The position numbers and the translations under genes were made by a program. From Lytechinus pictus (Eukaryota): a stretch of 64,000 nucleotides of DNA. A model generated the notes under the pieces. That model saw nothing but the letters and a program-made list of their open reading frames with translations, ran no database searches and was not told the origin of the DNA. The stretch's first letter is position 1; every line of letters begins with the position of its first letter. Of this stretch, positions 41,181 to 53,998 are shown one piece after another. The DNA is taken from contig NC_087245.1 in the NCBI RefSeq assembly GCF_037042905.1, positions 29,390,001 to 29,454,000 of the forward strand. Direction: 5' to 3'.

Positions 41181-42474
41181 CAGAAAGTTTTATATTAAGT
41201 GAACTGTACATTTTCATACGTATTAACAAATTGGAAAAACAATCTTACAAGGGTCGGAATTCAACTTAAGCTGTTGGAGTATAAATTGCTGAGCATCCGC
41301 AATATAGGGTCACCATCATGTTGTGCATTGATTGATGGTGTTCTTCTGTGTGATGGTGTGTATCTGAATGTTTCTTAACTTTCTTTTAACTCCATTTCAG
41401 TCCTCAGAATTTCTGTCTGTCTCTCTCTCTCACACTCTCTCTCTATCAGGTAACTTTCAGAGTTCATGACATTTTAAAAGGGCACTTTGACTGATTCGAC
41501 GTCACTAAAGAGTAGATACGCCCAATAGCCACACAAAATTCTGAAACTTAATGCAAATAGCCCAAAGAAACGTCCCTTCTCCTTAAAAATATAAATTACG
41601 TCAAAGGTAAATTCCGACCAGTATATTATGTCCTGCGAGGGAAAAGTGTATTAAAAGAACGAAAAGTTTACAAGAGTACTTCCTTTGAAATTCCATCTTT
41701 TTTAAGAATAATTAATAGGGCATGATGACTGGTCTACTTGGTCAATTAATGATAGTGCATGGTAAGAAGGTAAAACACTGGACAAAATATACATCTCTCT
41801 AGAGGTAAAAATAATACTTTCCAGTAGCGATCGGCATTAGAATCAAGTCTTCCTAAGCTATTTATTTGGTAATTATCCTGAGAGATTGTTGTGTTACATG
41901 ATATTATTTTCATCCTATTTAAGAAACCACAGAAGCTACATTACGGAAGTCGGTGCATTACTGTGTATGTCCCCTGGTAATAGTTTATCCCCTTTCCTTT
42001 CTTTACCTATTTCTCTCTTTCTAGTTCTCTTTCTCTCTCTGTCCTTCTCTCTATCTATCTTTATATCTTTCGTTTTCCCCTTTATTCTATTGTTGTAGGC
42101 TATTACTTTGTCGCATTTATCTTTTCTCTTATGCATCTGAAGTGTTCTTAAATAAGTATATGTATAGAAATGGATATTGGATAAATGGGTAAAATATGGA
42201 TACTTAGATATATCTGTGGGTACCTTGAATTCACAATATTTTTAATTTATTATTTTTTGTCCCTTACTTCTTTTCTTATTTCTTGATTTATTTATTTGGA
42301 AATTTGTCATACTGTACGTAGTGTGACTTACAGCTGACTTTCGTAGTCCATAAAACATTTTTCTTTTACTGTTAATGGTCCTTATCTTTCTTTTTCCTCT
42401 CTCATTGTTTTCAAAACTGATATGAATATATCTGTAAAAAGCACAGGGCTGTAATGACGCAGATAAGAGAAATA

Positions 42475-42632
42475 AATTAAGTGCTTATTTTTAGCACTTA
42501 CAGTGCTTGGATAGTGACTGCACTACGAGTGCTGATTTTCTAGTTCAAATTTAAACTAGAAAATCAGCACTCGTAGTACAGTCACTATACAAGCACTGTA
42601 AAAGCTAAATTAGCACTTCATTTTTTACAGAG
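42475..42632. mobile_element. Palindromic MITE related to 48235-48408
   Basis: Near-perfect palindrome TAGTGACTGCACTACGAGTGCTGATTTTCTAGTTCAAATTTAAACTAGAAAATCAGCACTCGTAGTACAGTCACTA; right end TTTTTTACAGAG. Confidence 0.85.
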
Positions 42633-42769
42633 AAGACATGCAAGCGTATCTTTAGATTTGGTGAAAAATGTCCCGTATCTCGTATTATTATCCCCTATCT
42701 CTCTCTCTCATACACACACTTCTCTCCCACCCTCCCCCACTCCTTCTTCCCACTTCCCTACTTTAAAAT

Positions 42770-43113
42770 CCCTACTGGGGAGAACGTGCACAAGTGTCCC
42801 ACAGTGAGTGCCACAGTGTGGAACACAATTTGGAATCACCTTCAAACTGTTATGTTTTTCACAATTTGTTCTATCGAGTAGGATTATCTAATGCTATCCC
42901 TGCTGAAGAGAATAGTGTCACATATAGTGTGATTACATTGTTTTCACATAGTCGACCATGTGAACGCACTGTGAACAGTCTCACTGTCGAGGTGCCCACA
43001 GTGTGAAAATATCTTCACACTGTTGAATTTGTGCATTTTAAAAGTGTGAATACCATTTTCACATAGCCCACAATGTGTTCACACTGTGCGACACCGCGTT
43101 CTTTCCAGTAGGG
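42770..43113 (+). mobile_element. CCC-ended MITE (2-bp TSD AT), apparently compound
   Basis: AT|CCCTACTGGGGAGAACG ... CGTTCTTTCCAGTAGGG|AT; internal end-like GTTCTATCGAGTAGG (~42869) and start-like CCCTGCTGAAGAGAA (~42898). Confidence 0.8.
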
Positions 43114-43119
43114 ATACTA

Positions 43120-43323
43120 ACTTCATATCAGCATTAGACAACCCTAGTGTGAAGCAGTGTTAACACACTATAGAATGCTGAGAGTCAACGTAATGACTGT
43201 GTTGCAATTGATATTTTTTTACGTAACGACTATAACTATCAATTTCACGTAGTGACGAAGTTTTCACACTGCTTTAACACACTGTAGACTTTCCAGTGGG
43301 GTTATCTAACTCTGATGTGAAGT
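43120..43323. mobile_element. Adjacent inverted-repeat element
   Basis: CTTCATATCAGCATTAGACAACCC / GGGGTTATCTAACTCTGATGTGAAG are inverted. Confidence 0.55.
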
Positions 43324-43520
43324 GATTGCATGTAAAAAAATTTTGATTGGCCTCGTCACATATTACTTGAATTTGATAGACAACATGCTCATATCGAGTT
43401 AATCTCACCACATAGCTATAGATAAGAGAACAGGTTCACAATTTTTCTCTTCTTTTTGACAGATTGAGTTTAGAGACTTACGTACATGCATGAAATTTGT
43501 GGATTTCTTTCTTTCTTTTA

Positions 43521-43587
43521 CTGCGCCTTGTGCACTCTGCCGAGTGGATTTGGCGCATTACAAATCACATATATTGTTATTATAATA
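43521..43587 (+). mobile_element. L2-type retroposon 3' tail fragment
   Basis: GCGCCTTGTGCACTC....GAGTGGATTTGGCGCATTACAAAT stem-loop followed by an ATT-rich tail. Confidence 0.45.
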
Positions 43588-46186
43588 GGCATAGAAGGAG
43601 CACTTTTTTGTAAAGGGGCAATCCACCGATTTCATACCTCGTTTACGACATGTATTTCTGGGTTTATATCATTTCTATTTAGAATATTGACAGTGTAGAC
43701 ATACTGTACATACAACAATGTCGTGCAAAAAAATATTCATTCTAAGAATAAGGACAGGTAAACAGGAAGGAGAAATTTATTTCAAAAAAATATATACCTC
43801 TTTCGCAAAAGTCCCCATGTTTGCGAAAGAGCAAATAGGCCATTTTAATGAGAAATCGAACACCAAGGGCTTCTGTAAATGCCAGGTATACATGCTTAAC
43901 TTCATGTTACCAAGTCTTTGAGGGCAATAGGCAAAATTCAGGAGCAAAATGCGTGGGATTTGGTATATCGCACTGGGGATAAGGGTTAATTGAAACACGG
44001 AGCGGCGATAATGCAAGCCACAAGCGACTACTTATTCTCAGTCGTCTACGGCATTTGAAAGTTAAGACTGGAGATTTTAAGTCAGTAAAAGCCACATAAC
44101 AGATTTTCCTACATCTCAATAATTTATGACACTGATATGGCAGAATGTTTCGTGTACCGGTGGCTATTGCTTTTGTGGTGGCATTATGTAGCAGTCTCTA
44201 TTGAGTCTATTGTTTCTATTGTTTCAAACACTAAACATAATACCTAGGCCTACATCTGGATTTCTCTTTCAATTATATCTTATAGAAATCGGGCCCGAAT
44301 GTCATGATTAAAAAAAATGATAAATTTTCCTTGTTCCTTTATTTTTCTTTAATACTTTTGTGTAGGGGAAAATACTTCATGTCTAGGGAAAACCATGCTC
44401 ACTTACGATGACAGTGTATATTTTCAATCCCTATGGCTTGATCAAAGAGCTTCATCAAATTTTCTGAGTAATTTTATATCAAGTCATCCGGAGAATGTCA
44501 CACTCGATCGCATTGCAGTTTAATGTTCAGTATGCTATGTTAAAAACAAGCGTTTTTTAAATGCCATCTTGGCATTTACATATATCTTTATGGCATGTTT
44601 TTGCCCATGAATATCTCGAGGGCTGTAAAATGGATAAAAGAAAATGCAAAATAGAGCCGCTCCTTTACGAGTATCGTAAGCTGATACTAAAAACACCCTC
44701 ACCGGTTCAAGTACCCGGAGATAATAAACACAAAGCTGCAATGACTGTCACTGTGATGAGTTTTTCCTGTTGACAAAGGTTACGTGCAAATGATACCATC
44801 CACCCATTACCCGAACGAGGAGGGATGTTTTTGTATATGCGTAAATCGACTAAGGTCAATTATCTGTTTTTGCGTGTCCACATATATATATTTTTTTTAA
44901 TTTATGATAATAACTCTTTGAAATGTTGTCATATTTCTTCACCCTATTTCTATTACCCCCCCCCCTCTGTCTCTCTCTCTATCTATATATGAATTTGACG
45001 ATCTACACTGACGTACTTTCAACATTCTCAACATTTTGAGTGTAGTCAATTTTTCATTCAGTACTATTTTTACCCCATTAAAAAATAAAATCAGAGCACA
45101 GAGCTTTCATCACTTGATAAATTGTCTATCAATCATCCGAATCTGAATATGGATATATATTCCCTCACCCTTCTTATCCTATTGTCTACCCTCCTTTCCT
45201 TATTCCTATTCAATTATTAATTAAATTATGTGTATCCATTACTCTTTCAACCTCTCTCCTCAATTTCTTTAATCTATATGTAATGTATTAAATATTATAT
45301 CAACTTCATTCTGTTTTTCCTAGTCTCCTTTTTTCTGGACTCACCCGCATCTCCTCTCATCAGGCTCATCCTTCTTTTTATTTACCCCCATCTCCTCGTA
45401 ACCCACCACCGCCATTCTTTGTTTTTAATCCCCAACCTTCTCATCCCGTTTCCGCACAGCAGACGTCGATCACCACGCATAAGGGGACATCCCCTCACGT
45501 AATCAACTACCACTTCAACGCCCGATCCCAGCGGCTGATCATGCCCCAGCGCCACCAATCTCGGCGGTGGAACCATCCTAAGGACTTCAAGTGACTCCTG
45601 CGAATCCTCGGATGCTTGGCGTCTCGGAGCTCAAGAGGGCTTTGCGTGTCATACAATTCAATTGCATACTTGCACAATGCTCATTATGGATGTAGAAATA
45701 AACATGATAAAATGGGGTAAACGAAGGGTATTTTGTGGAATAGCATATTGACTTATTTTCCTAATTGCATACCCATCCCCAATCCCAACACGCACACACC
45801 CTCACACATAAATGCATAAACATATCGATATCTTTAAACGTTGCCCTCCTCGATTTATTTCAAATGGTATTATATGGAACACTTGCTGGGGATCTTATTA
45901 ATTGGGAGAGAAGCAAGTATAACAATAGTGCCAGGCATTTCAAGAGAATGTTCTTTTCTCATTCCATCTTGCAAGTGGTATATCAAGCAACGCCATATGA
46001 CCGGATCTCCAACCCCTTTCATGCCTTTGGCTACATTCTTACACACGTATTCTGGTCACACTATTTTCGCTACAAGACCAGAAGAATAGGGTCCGGTGGG
46101 ACCAATAAGGGTCAATCTGACCCAGGAATGGTCACTTCCGATCTTATTTCTGGTCATTTTCTACCGTGAAACATAAGGAATCTCTT

Positions 46187-46409
46187 CTTTGTGGAAAATT
46201 TGCGAACCGGAAAAGCAGGTTCGTCCTAAGTTTCGGAGCTGACAACAAATTGCAAATATGTAATTTGTCCAGAATCCCGGACGAAAATGCTGTTTTGATT
46301 CACCAATTTTCGACAATGATTTCTTGGATGCTCTTTGTCATTAAGAACTTTTGACAATAACTTTTCTATGTTGTTGAATCCGCTGTACGTCATGGAGCGA
46401 AAAATCCCA
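46187..46409 (+). mobile_element. AGGGAG-ended MITE, copy 2 (5'-truncated)
   Basis: 103/132 identical to 33327-33458 (hand count), no gaps; downstream ~90 bp also homologous. Confidence 0.8.
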
Positions 46410-48234
46410 TATCTCTGTTTTGCCCTGCCATCTTTGACTGACACCCCTTGCAAATGACGCTGCGATTCGCCCATCTCGCCAAATACGCAAAGCTGGTCAC
46501 TCATCATTTTGACGTAAAAAATAATTAAACAAATGAAAACATTACCGGAAGATACCTTCCTATCAGCAAACATCAGCCTACTTATTAGCAGCAAAAATCG
46601 TTCTTATCACTGAAAATTCATAGTTGCTTCCCCCCTTTTCACGCCATCGGTCGGGTCGAGGATACTCTCTCACTCATCAGAGCGTGCTAAATACGAGACG
46701 AAACCACGTCTGTCAAAAAGAAGAGACAATATTCCGCGTCACTTCTGGGGTATACATTTGCCTCACTTGATCAAATAGAAACAGCAATTCCACTCCCAAC
46801 GGCGGCTCACGTCGATAACTGGGAAGAAAACCCGGGTTTTGTTTCAATATCAAGCGGGCATCGGACACGTATAATTGCGGCGAATCGGCATAATGGCACG
46901 CGTACACAGAGTGTCAAGTTGGTGATAATGGGACGGGGTAGGCTTAACTTACTTGTCTTGTTATAACTCTAAAAAATCTCAAATTGAAAACCAATTGATT
47001 TGATGGGTTCATTTTTAGGCTAGGTATAGTGGCTGAAGTGTTTGTTTTGAAAAGTACAACATTAACAGGATGATAAAGGTGTATATTTTGTCCCTTCTCT
47101 CTCTCTGTTTTTTAAGGTTTTATAATTAATTGATTATCAGCAACAGTTTTAACATGAAAACAATAATTATTATCTATCACACATGTCCAATGGTACGACG
47201 TTCGGACACGGTCTGAATTGTGAAACATCTTGATATTATTTCGTACATGCACGTAATTCATTTACAACATAAATATATCACAATCTATTACACAATGGCA
47301 ACGAGATATTCAATATATTAAGTCGATTCCATCCCATCATTTCGTAACCGCGGGTAAGGGTAAAGCGATGGAAGATGATGTTCTAATGTGGTGCAAAACA
47401 GAAGACTTCGTGGCATATTGAGGTCAGGGAACTGAACGGATTCGCTTCTGAATTTTCTCATCTATGTCACTTTTGATTCCAGCTACATCAATGACCACGG
47501 CTCATAAATTCACATACCATACCCCCATTCACTCGTGCGTTACTCATCAACGTTATATAATTATTACATATCAAACAGTACATTTTCCGTCATTCTGAAC
47601 ACTTATACTTTGCAATTCATAAAAGCTTGAACTCCAATATCACGATCAGCGTTGACCTGACCTCTACACACGGTCATACAATATCTATTCATATTTCCCA
47701 GTAGAAGCACGTTTGCTTTTGTTACACATGGCCCTATAGTCATAATTATGCACTATCTACTTAACGAATAGGTTAACGTTAAAACCATCAGCCCTTAAAT
47801 CATCCTTCTGGTCACGGTGGAAGAGGGGCGCAGTCAATTACCCACGTCGGTCTCGACGCCAAACCGTTTCTGGTATCACCATCATGTACCCTGATGATTA
47901 TCCCATTGGTAATTTTTAGCAACACCACATCTTGTAACTGGATCCCCCTATATCTTGAATATAGGACGTCAAAAAGCGACTGTCCGCGGTACCAATTATA
48001 TTTTGAAACGAATTACTATCAGGTGGGGTAATAAATAAACCCATTGGAGGAAGGATGAAGATGGTATGTGGAAATATTCTTTGAGAATGGGATCCAGAGA
48101 TAAGTCTCTTGTACCTCTCGATAACTATGTATTTGTTTTGCTCTTGACTCAATGCAGAGTATTACAATTAAGCATTTGTTTCTTGTTGTTCAAGTAATAT
48201 CATAGTGGAAGTAGTAGTAGTAGTACACTTAGTA

Positions 48235-48408
48235 CACTCCAAAAAACGAAGAGCTACGAAGAGCTAATTTAGCTCTTAAAGCGTGTAAAGTGACTGCACT
48301 TCGGAGTGCTGATCTTTCTTGTTCAAATTTGAACTAGACAAATCAGCACATAGTGTAGTCACTATACACGCTCTTAAGAGCTAAATTAGCTCTTCGTTTT
48401 TTAGAGTG
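48235..48408. mobile_element. Near-perfect palindromic CACT-ended MITE, TSD TA
   Basis: TA|CACTCCAAAAAACGAAGAGCT..AATTTAGCTCTTAA ... TTAAGAGCTAAATTAGCTCTTCGTTTTTTAGAGTG|TA, inserted in a (TAG)n tract. Confidence 0.9.
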
Positions 48409-48467
48409 TAGTAGTAGTAATTGTTGTTGTTGTAGTAGTAGTACTAGTAGAAGTACAAGTAGTAGTA

Positions 48468-48503
<36 letters not shown>

Positions 48504-48520
48504 TAGTAGTAGCAGCAGTG

Positions 48521-48590
<70 letters not shown>

Positions 48591-48800
48591 GAGTAGTAGT
48601 ATTAGAAGTAGTAGTAGTATTTTTAGTAGTAGTAGTAGTAGTAATAATATTATTATTAGTAGTAGTAGTATTGGTAGTATTGTAGTAATGGTAGGAAGTT
48701 GTGGTAGTAGTGGTAGTAGTAGTAGTAGTAGTAGTATTGGTAGTATTGTAGTAATGGTAGGAAGTTGTGGTAGTAGTGGTAGTAGTAGTAATAGTAGTAT
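48409..48800. repeat. (TAG)n microsatellite with internal 66-bp duplication
   Basis: Direct reading; TTGGTAGTATTGTAGTAATGGTAGGAAGTTGTGG occurs at 48671 and 48737. Confidence 0.95.
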
Positions 48801-51289
48801 ATACTTTATATTTTAAGTGAACTACTGATGTCTTTATGATAGTGTAGATGTGACTAATAGCAATACTAATGTTTATAGCAGTGAGACGCTTCGGAGAACG
48901 GTTGAAACAAAAGAAAGACTCCAAATTGAAAGTGTATTTTTGGTTCCCAATATCACCTTTTCAACCATTGTATAAGCAACTTCTTTTGTTTCATCAAAAC
49001 GAGAAAGTAACAAGTATCTGTTTTATCTTTTTCATTTTTGGGGGATAGTCTTGTAACGAATTCACCAAAAAACGTTGAACTTCTTTAAAGAGTTTGCTTG
49101 GCGAAGTTTGACGTTATCAAAAGGTAATAAACTCTTCTGGAAACACTAACCTATTCGTTGGTATACCACCTAGCTTTAAGGACATTTTGGTCACGTGGCT
49201 GCCTATTGCCGGCATATTTTCCTATATCCTATCATAGTGTTTTGTTTATCTCGTTCTAGGTTATTCCAACAATCCATGTTTCTATCCATGGAATCCCCAG
49301 GAATAAAGCGATCGGAGGATCGAGGGATGCAACAATCTACCGCTGTCGTATCTGTTAATTGGTTTCTCAAAAGGAAACACGAAAGCGTTCCTCTCGAACG
49401 TAGAAAATCTGATAGCGTAATACCTTCTCACGCGTGAGAGAGAATATGGGCGATGCCAGACTTACGCATCATTTCATACGCATTTAAGTGTAGCAGCGAA
49501 CCCGGGATACTCCTTACAAGTGTAAGTTTTATTCTTACTCAATTTATAGACGAATCTGACCAATTAAATTCGAGCATCCGTGGTATAATGTCAATTACAT
49601 TATCACACTTACTCGTGCGCATGATAAGAGTGTGTTTTATAATGTAACTCTCTTGTAGACTAGGAGGTAATCGATTTTCCAATGGAGAGATACTTCACAG
49701 GCATAGAGCAGGAAAAGATGAATGTAGAAGAGAACTTGCGAGGCGAGCGATAAAAGGGGGCATCAACCGCTGAAACGTCTACTCTTGAATCTGTCTCAAC
49801 TTTCTGACAAAAAAATGTATTTTGGCGGAAGCTTTCTTAACTTAGGAACATTGATGGGGCACCTGAAGCAGTTATATGTACTCAATCATTTGGTGGCTTA
49901 AAGAGTTGGAATTCCCATTTTATTCCCATTACTTTAGCATCGTATGATTGTTAAGGGGGCCTGGTTGGAATAATTGAAGCGAACCTCAAGCTTTACGCAT
50001 TCCATGGGGACTGGCGGAAACAAGTGGGGCGAAGGTAAATGGTGATGATGTTGTCTGGAGCCGAGATTACCCATGGGGTTGAAACATGGCGTCGGTTTAT
50101 GTGGTAATGTTGAATGATAAATCTGAAGCCTTTGCCTTTGGGTGGATAATATAGGCAAGTATTAGACAAGAAAAAGAGATTGAAAAAAATCGAAACAACG
50201 GAATTTCCAAAGTGCATAAAAGAGATAGGAGGAGTATACCGATTACCTAAAAAGGAAAGTAGATAAACAAAATAAATGATGAACATGAACATAGAAAGAT
50301 AAGGACAATATGAAACAGCTTACCATGCTGACAGTACAAACAAATCTGCCTCAATATTATATCCCTCATTCAGTTTTCTCTTCATTCCTACCTTCTTCTC
50401 TATCGCTTTTATCTGCATCTGTATGTTTGTATGTATGTCTATCCGTTTCTTCATTTTGTAGATAATTCCAATGTATGCTCTATTTCTTCTTTAATTCGTG
50501 GACATCATTGGAGGTAACAATTACCAAGTCCATGACATTTTAACTCCAATCACGACGCTACGCAGCTGTCTTTACACGATTCGACTCATGCCACCAAGCA
50601 TCAATGCTCGCAGATTGGCATTTATTATTCTTGCGTTTAGCAATATTCATGAGACTGGATAGCTCAACATTTCCAAAAGAATGATGTAAAAATGAATAGA
50701 AAAAAAGGGATATGAGTAGTCCTTTTAGAAGCGCATTTTTTTTTGCAAAGATTGTCTCACTCATTCCCAGATTCTATGATGTCTACTTCATTCCTTTTAC
50801 ATTCTTAAGTGAATGTGAGTAGAGATTTTTTTTTACTAACATGGCAACACTTTTATGATGATGTTTATCGTCATAATTGTTGATTAACATTGAAGTGATG
50901 AGCGACTTATTAATTGTTGCATAATTCGGAACAAAGCAGCTCAATGTTACATGGGGATTCTACACAGTATTTTCTGAACATTGCTAGTTATACAATCGTT
51001 CTTCGGGTAAAGGGAAAAGTTGGGAAGGGGATGAAAAATAAACAAACTTGTTGCACATCCCATTTCCTTCTTCCCTCCACTGCATCAAACTGAATCTTCG
51101 AGAAATGATGAATGTATGAATATACATCATAGTTAGAAACTATTTTGCACAAACATGCATAATAGATGATGACGTGGCTTGCTTTCCATAGTTGCGGATG
51201 ATTGGATCAATCGCAACTCTCTTTAAGACGGGGCCCAGGTATCTTATCGCAATGCCGAAAAACAGGATGACGGTCAGTCAAAATCTTAA

Positions 51290-51395
51290 AGGGATGGTCC
51301 AGGCTGGAGATATTTTTATCTCAATGAATAGAGTATAATTCACAGAGTAATATGCTGAAAATTTGATCAAAATCGGATAACAAATAACAAAGTTG
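51290..51395 (+). mobile_element. 5' end fragment of Kolobok-like MITE
   Basis: TTAA|AGGGATGGTCCAGG... with GAAAATTTGATCAAAATCGG..AATAACAAAGTT, same layout as 53999-54581. Confidence 0.6.
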
Positions 51396-52902
51396 TTTTA
51401 TGAAAGAGCTTTTCTTAGAGTCATTTGGATTTCTTGTATATTCTTTTGCTACAGTCCTTTGTTTGACTGTAAAAATTCTTTTTTTTTTAATCATTACAAT
51501 TGATAAAACACAGAGAAGGATACTTTGGTTGAAGAAATGCTTTACAACGGACCCCTCCATCTGGTACAAACACAAGTGGGAAAAAAATAAAAATAGGCGA
51601 GCGCGAAGCGCAAGCTGAAATCACCCAGTCATCCACAAAGAGTAAAATATTGCAGTGAAAATATCGCAAACACTGCGGTGAAAATATCGCCTTTTATCTT
51701 TGGGATATTGGGATTATTTTTTTAAGTTTCGAGTGGAGTGTTTGTTCCTCATTATTGCACCATAGCTATTTGAGCAGCAAATTTTCACTTTCTTTTCAAT
51801 GCTGCGGCGCTGGAATATCTTGTTCAATTATTATCAAATGAGCCGTGGTCAAGGTACAGACTGATACAATTTATTGTAGGTTATTCTGAATTATTCATAC
51901 CACCATATATTGACGTCACCATATTCATAGAGTTTTTAAGTCAACATCTGCGATTGTCATTCAGAGGTCTTTTCTTTTCTCCCAGGTGATGAAATATTGT
52001 GCAACCCATGTCATTGTCGTGTTTGATTTATGAACTTTCATTCCTGAATAATTGATTTAGTTATGACACAGTCACATCCGTCCGGTGAAGCGGTTTCAAT
52101 ACAAACCAAGGCTATTACGTCATTTCCAATGGCATATCCCATCGATCTGTTGGGAGTTGGTAACTTTGGTATGACTGGAACACTAATATGATCTTTTGGT
52201 TGTAGAAAAAAATGAATGCGAAGAAAGTGACCCACGCATTTCCAGTGAATTGCAATTTGTTTAGTTCAAAATGGTGTATTATAATCGAACTATCATATTC
52301 AAACCTGCCTTTCCTCCAAATTGTTCCTTCTATCGTGCTTATTCTCGTCACAACTTTCTTCTTAACTTCTCCCGCCCCACCCTAAGGCTGGACCAGGGGC
52401 ACGGCAGACCTCTCCGTGCTCATTCCCATCCTTAACTGTTTTAGCGTGCCCTCCTAACTCTCGTACTGGGCCACCGCAGATAGAGGACAACAGGTCGCTG
52501 TAATGAAGAGATTGATGACACGATTCTTCGAGCTATCTATTCTAAAAGCACTTGAAGTCTTGAAGAATTAAAAAAAACACTGTAAGTGCTTGTGGCATGT
52601 TGGAAGTCTTGGTGCCACAGTTTTAAAAAGTCGCAACTCTTTAAGAAAGAGGAGCGTGATATGTCTCGAGCTACATAAAGGTGCATGAGGAAATAATTCG
52701 TCATGTTGTTATCTGTGTATTTTTGTTTTTGTTTTGCGAATGGTCAAACGAATACAAAAGAATTTGGACAGATTATGTCATATCGTTTTCATTTATGATA
52801 AAAGTAAGAATTTGATTCAATGTAAAATGCAGATTTTGACTCCTTTGTGATTGCTCCCGGCTAAGCAAAAATCACAAATGCGGATGTTAGCACATAGCTA
52901 TT

Positions 52903-53206
52903 AGGGAGTATTTGCAACACTACGTAGACGCCTTCTGGAACGCAGATAATCTATTGCCAAAATCCCTTCATAACAAAGCAGTCTTTGTCGGAAATTAGTA
53001 TATCAAAACAGCAGTGTCGTGTATGACTCTGGACAAACGACATATTTGCAATTTTTCGTCACCTCCGAATTTTTGCAACGACCTGCTGTCCCGGTGCACC
53101 AACTTTCGACAAAGGCCTGTCAGCTGTTCATTGTGATTTGACAGGCATTTTCAATAGATTTACCACGTTGTGGAATCTGTCCCCGTTGCAATTTCGAAAA
53201 CTCCCT
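52903..53206 (-). mobile_element. AGGGAG-ended MITE, copy 3 (full length, TSD ATT, PIF/Harbinger-like)
   Basis: ATT|AGGGAGTATTTGCAA ... TTCGAAAACTCCCT|ATT; core 52983-53114 is the 132-bp palindrome in reverse orientation. Confidence 0.8.
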
Positions 53207-53624
53207 ATTACATACACACCTTAGCACGCACATTCACGTAAATATGAATTAAATAGACAATACATTTTAATGGCTTATTTAAGTTCTCGTTAGTTCGGTG
53301 AACAGAACAAGAAAATATAATCCTCGTCTACTTTGAGTAAGAAAAAAAGATATGTTATAATAACGAATGCCAAAATCAACCAATGAGATAGAAGGATTTC
53401 AGTAGCTTTTAACTGTTATTGCCATTTTTTTATTATAACAAGTTTTATGAAATGGGGGCCCCAGTACGTGCATGCTTGATTGAATTCTATTGTAGTATAT
53501 AGCGTTTTCGAGAACGTCACCATTGTGTAAAATAAATTTTCCTGTTCCCAGACCAGGGCAACGAAGGTGTAATTTTCTTTGCAAAGGCATAAAGTATAGC
53601 CTATAGAGTAAACTGCATGTCTGA

Positions 53625-53790
53625 AGGGCGTTGTGGTGTGCACCTGTATGTAGCCTAATCTACGTTCTGGTGAAGTCACACATTGATGCAGAGGTTCGAG
53701 GTTCGAGCCCTGGTCACGTCTTTCGGATGGCGACTTTAAAAGGTCAGTCCGAGACATAGATAATTATATCTGATTGGTAAACGACTATGA
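53625..53790 (+). mobile_element. Decayed tRNA-derived SINE
   Basis: A-box-like TGTGGTGTG, B box GGTTCGAGCCC, then CTTTCGGATGGCGACTTTAAAAGGTC resembling the Nin/Deu core start. Confidence 0.5.
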
Positions 53791-53998
53791 AAAATCAATT
53801 ATACCCTCCCCCCCCCCACACACACACACACACACCCTCACACACCCCACATACAAATGCGGGTATCTTTTGTCAACCCATTCGTAATAAATATTAAGCA
53901 CGAAAGAACATGTCTCACATAGCTTCTCCATGGGACTTGAGACATGTTTAAAAGAACTCCATTTCCGGTACTAACTGTATTTTTTCTAAAACCCTTAA

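Noticed and set aside
46166..46354. Shared peptide (LC.K...LQIC.L) among the three 132-bp repeats
   Set aside because: Copy 1 has an in-frame stop and the sequence is a palindromic MITE core; the similarity is explained at DNA level.
48343..48924. 193-aa Thr-rich mucin-like ORF
   Set aside because: Translation of a (TAG)n microsatellite plus a MITE.
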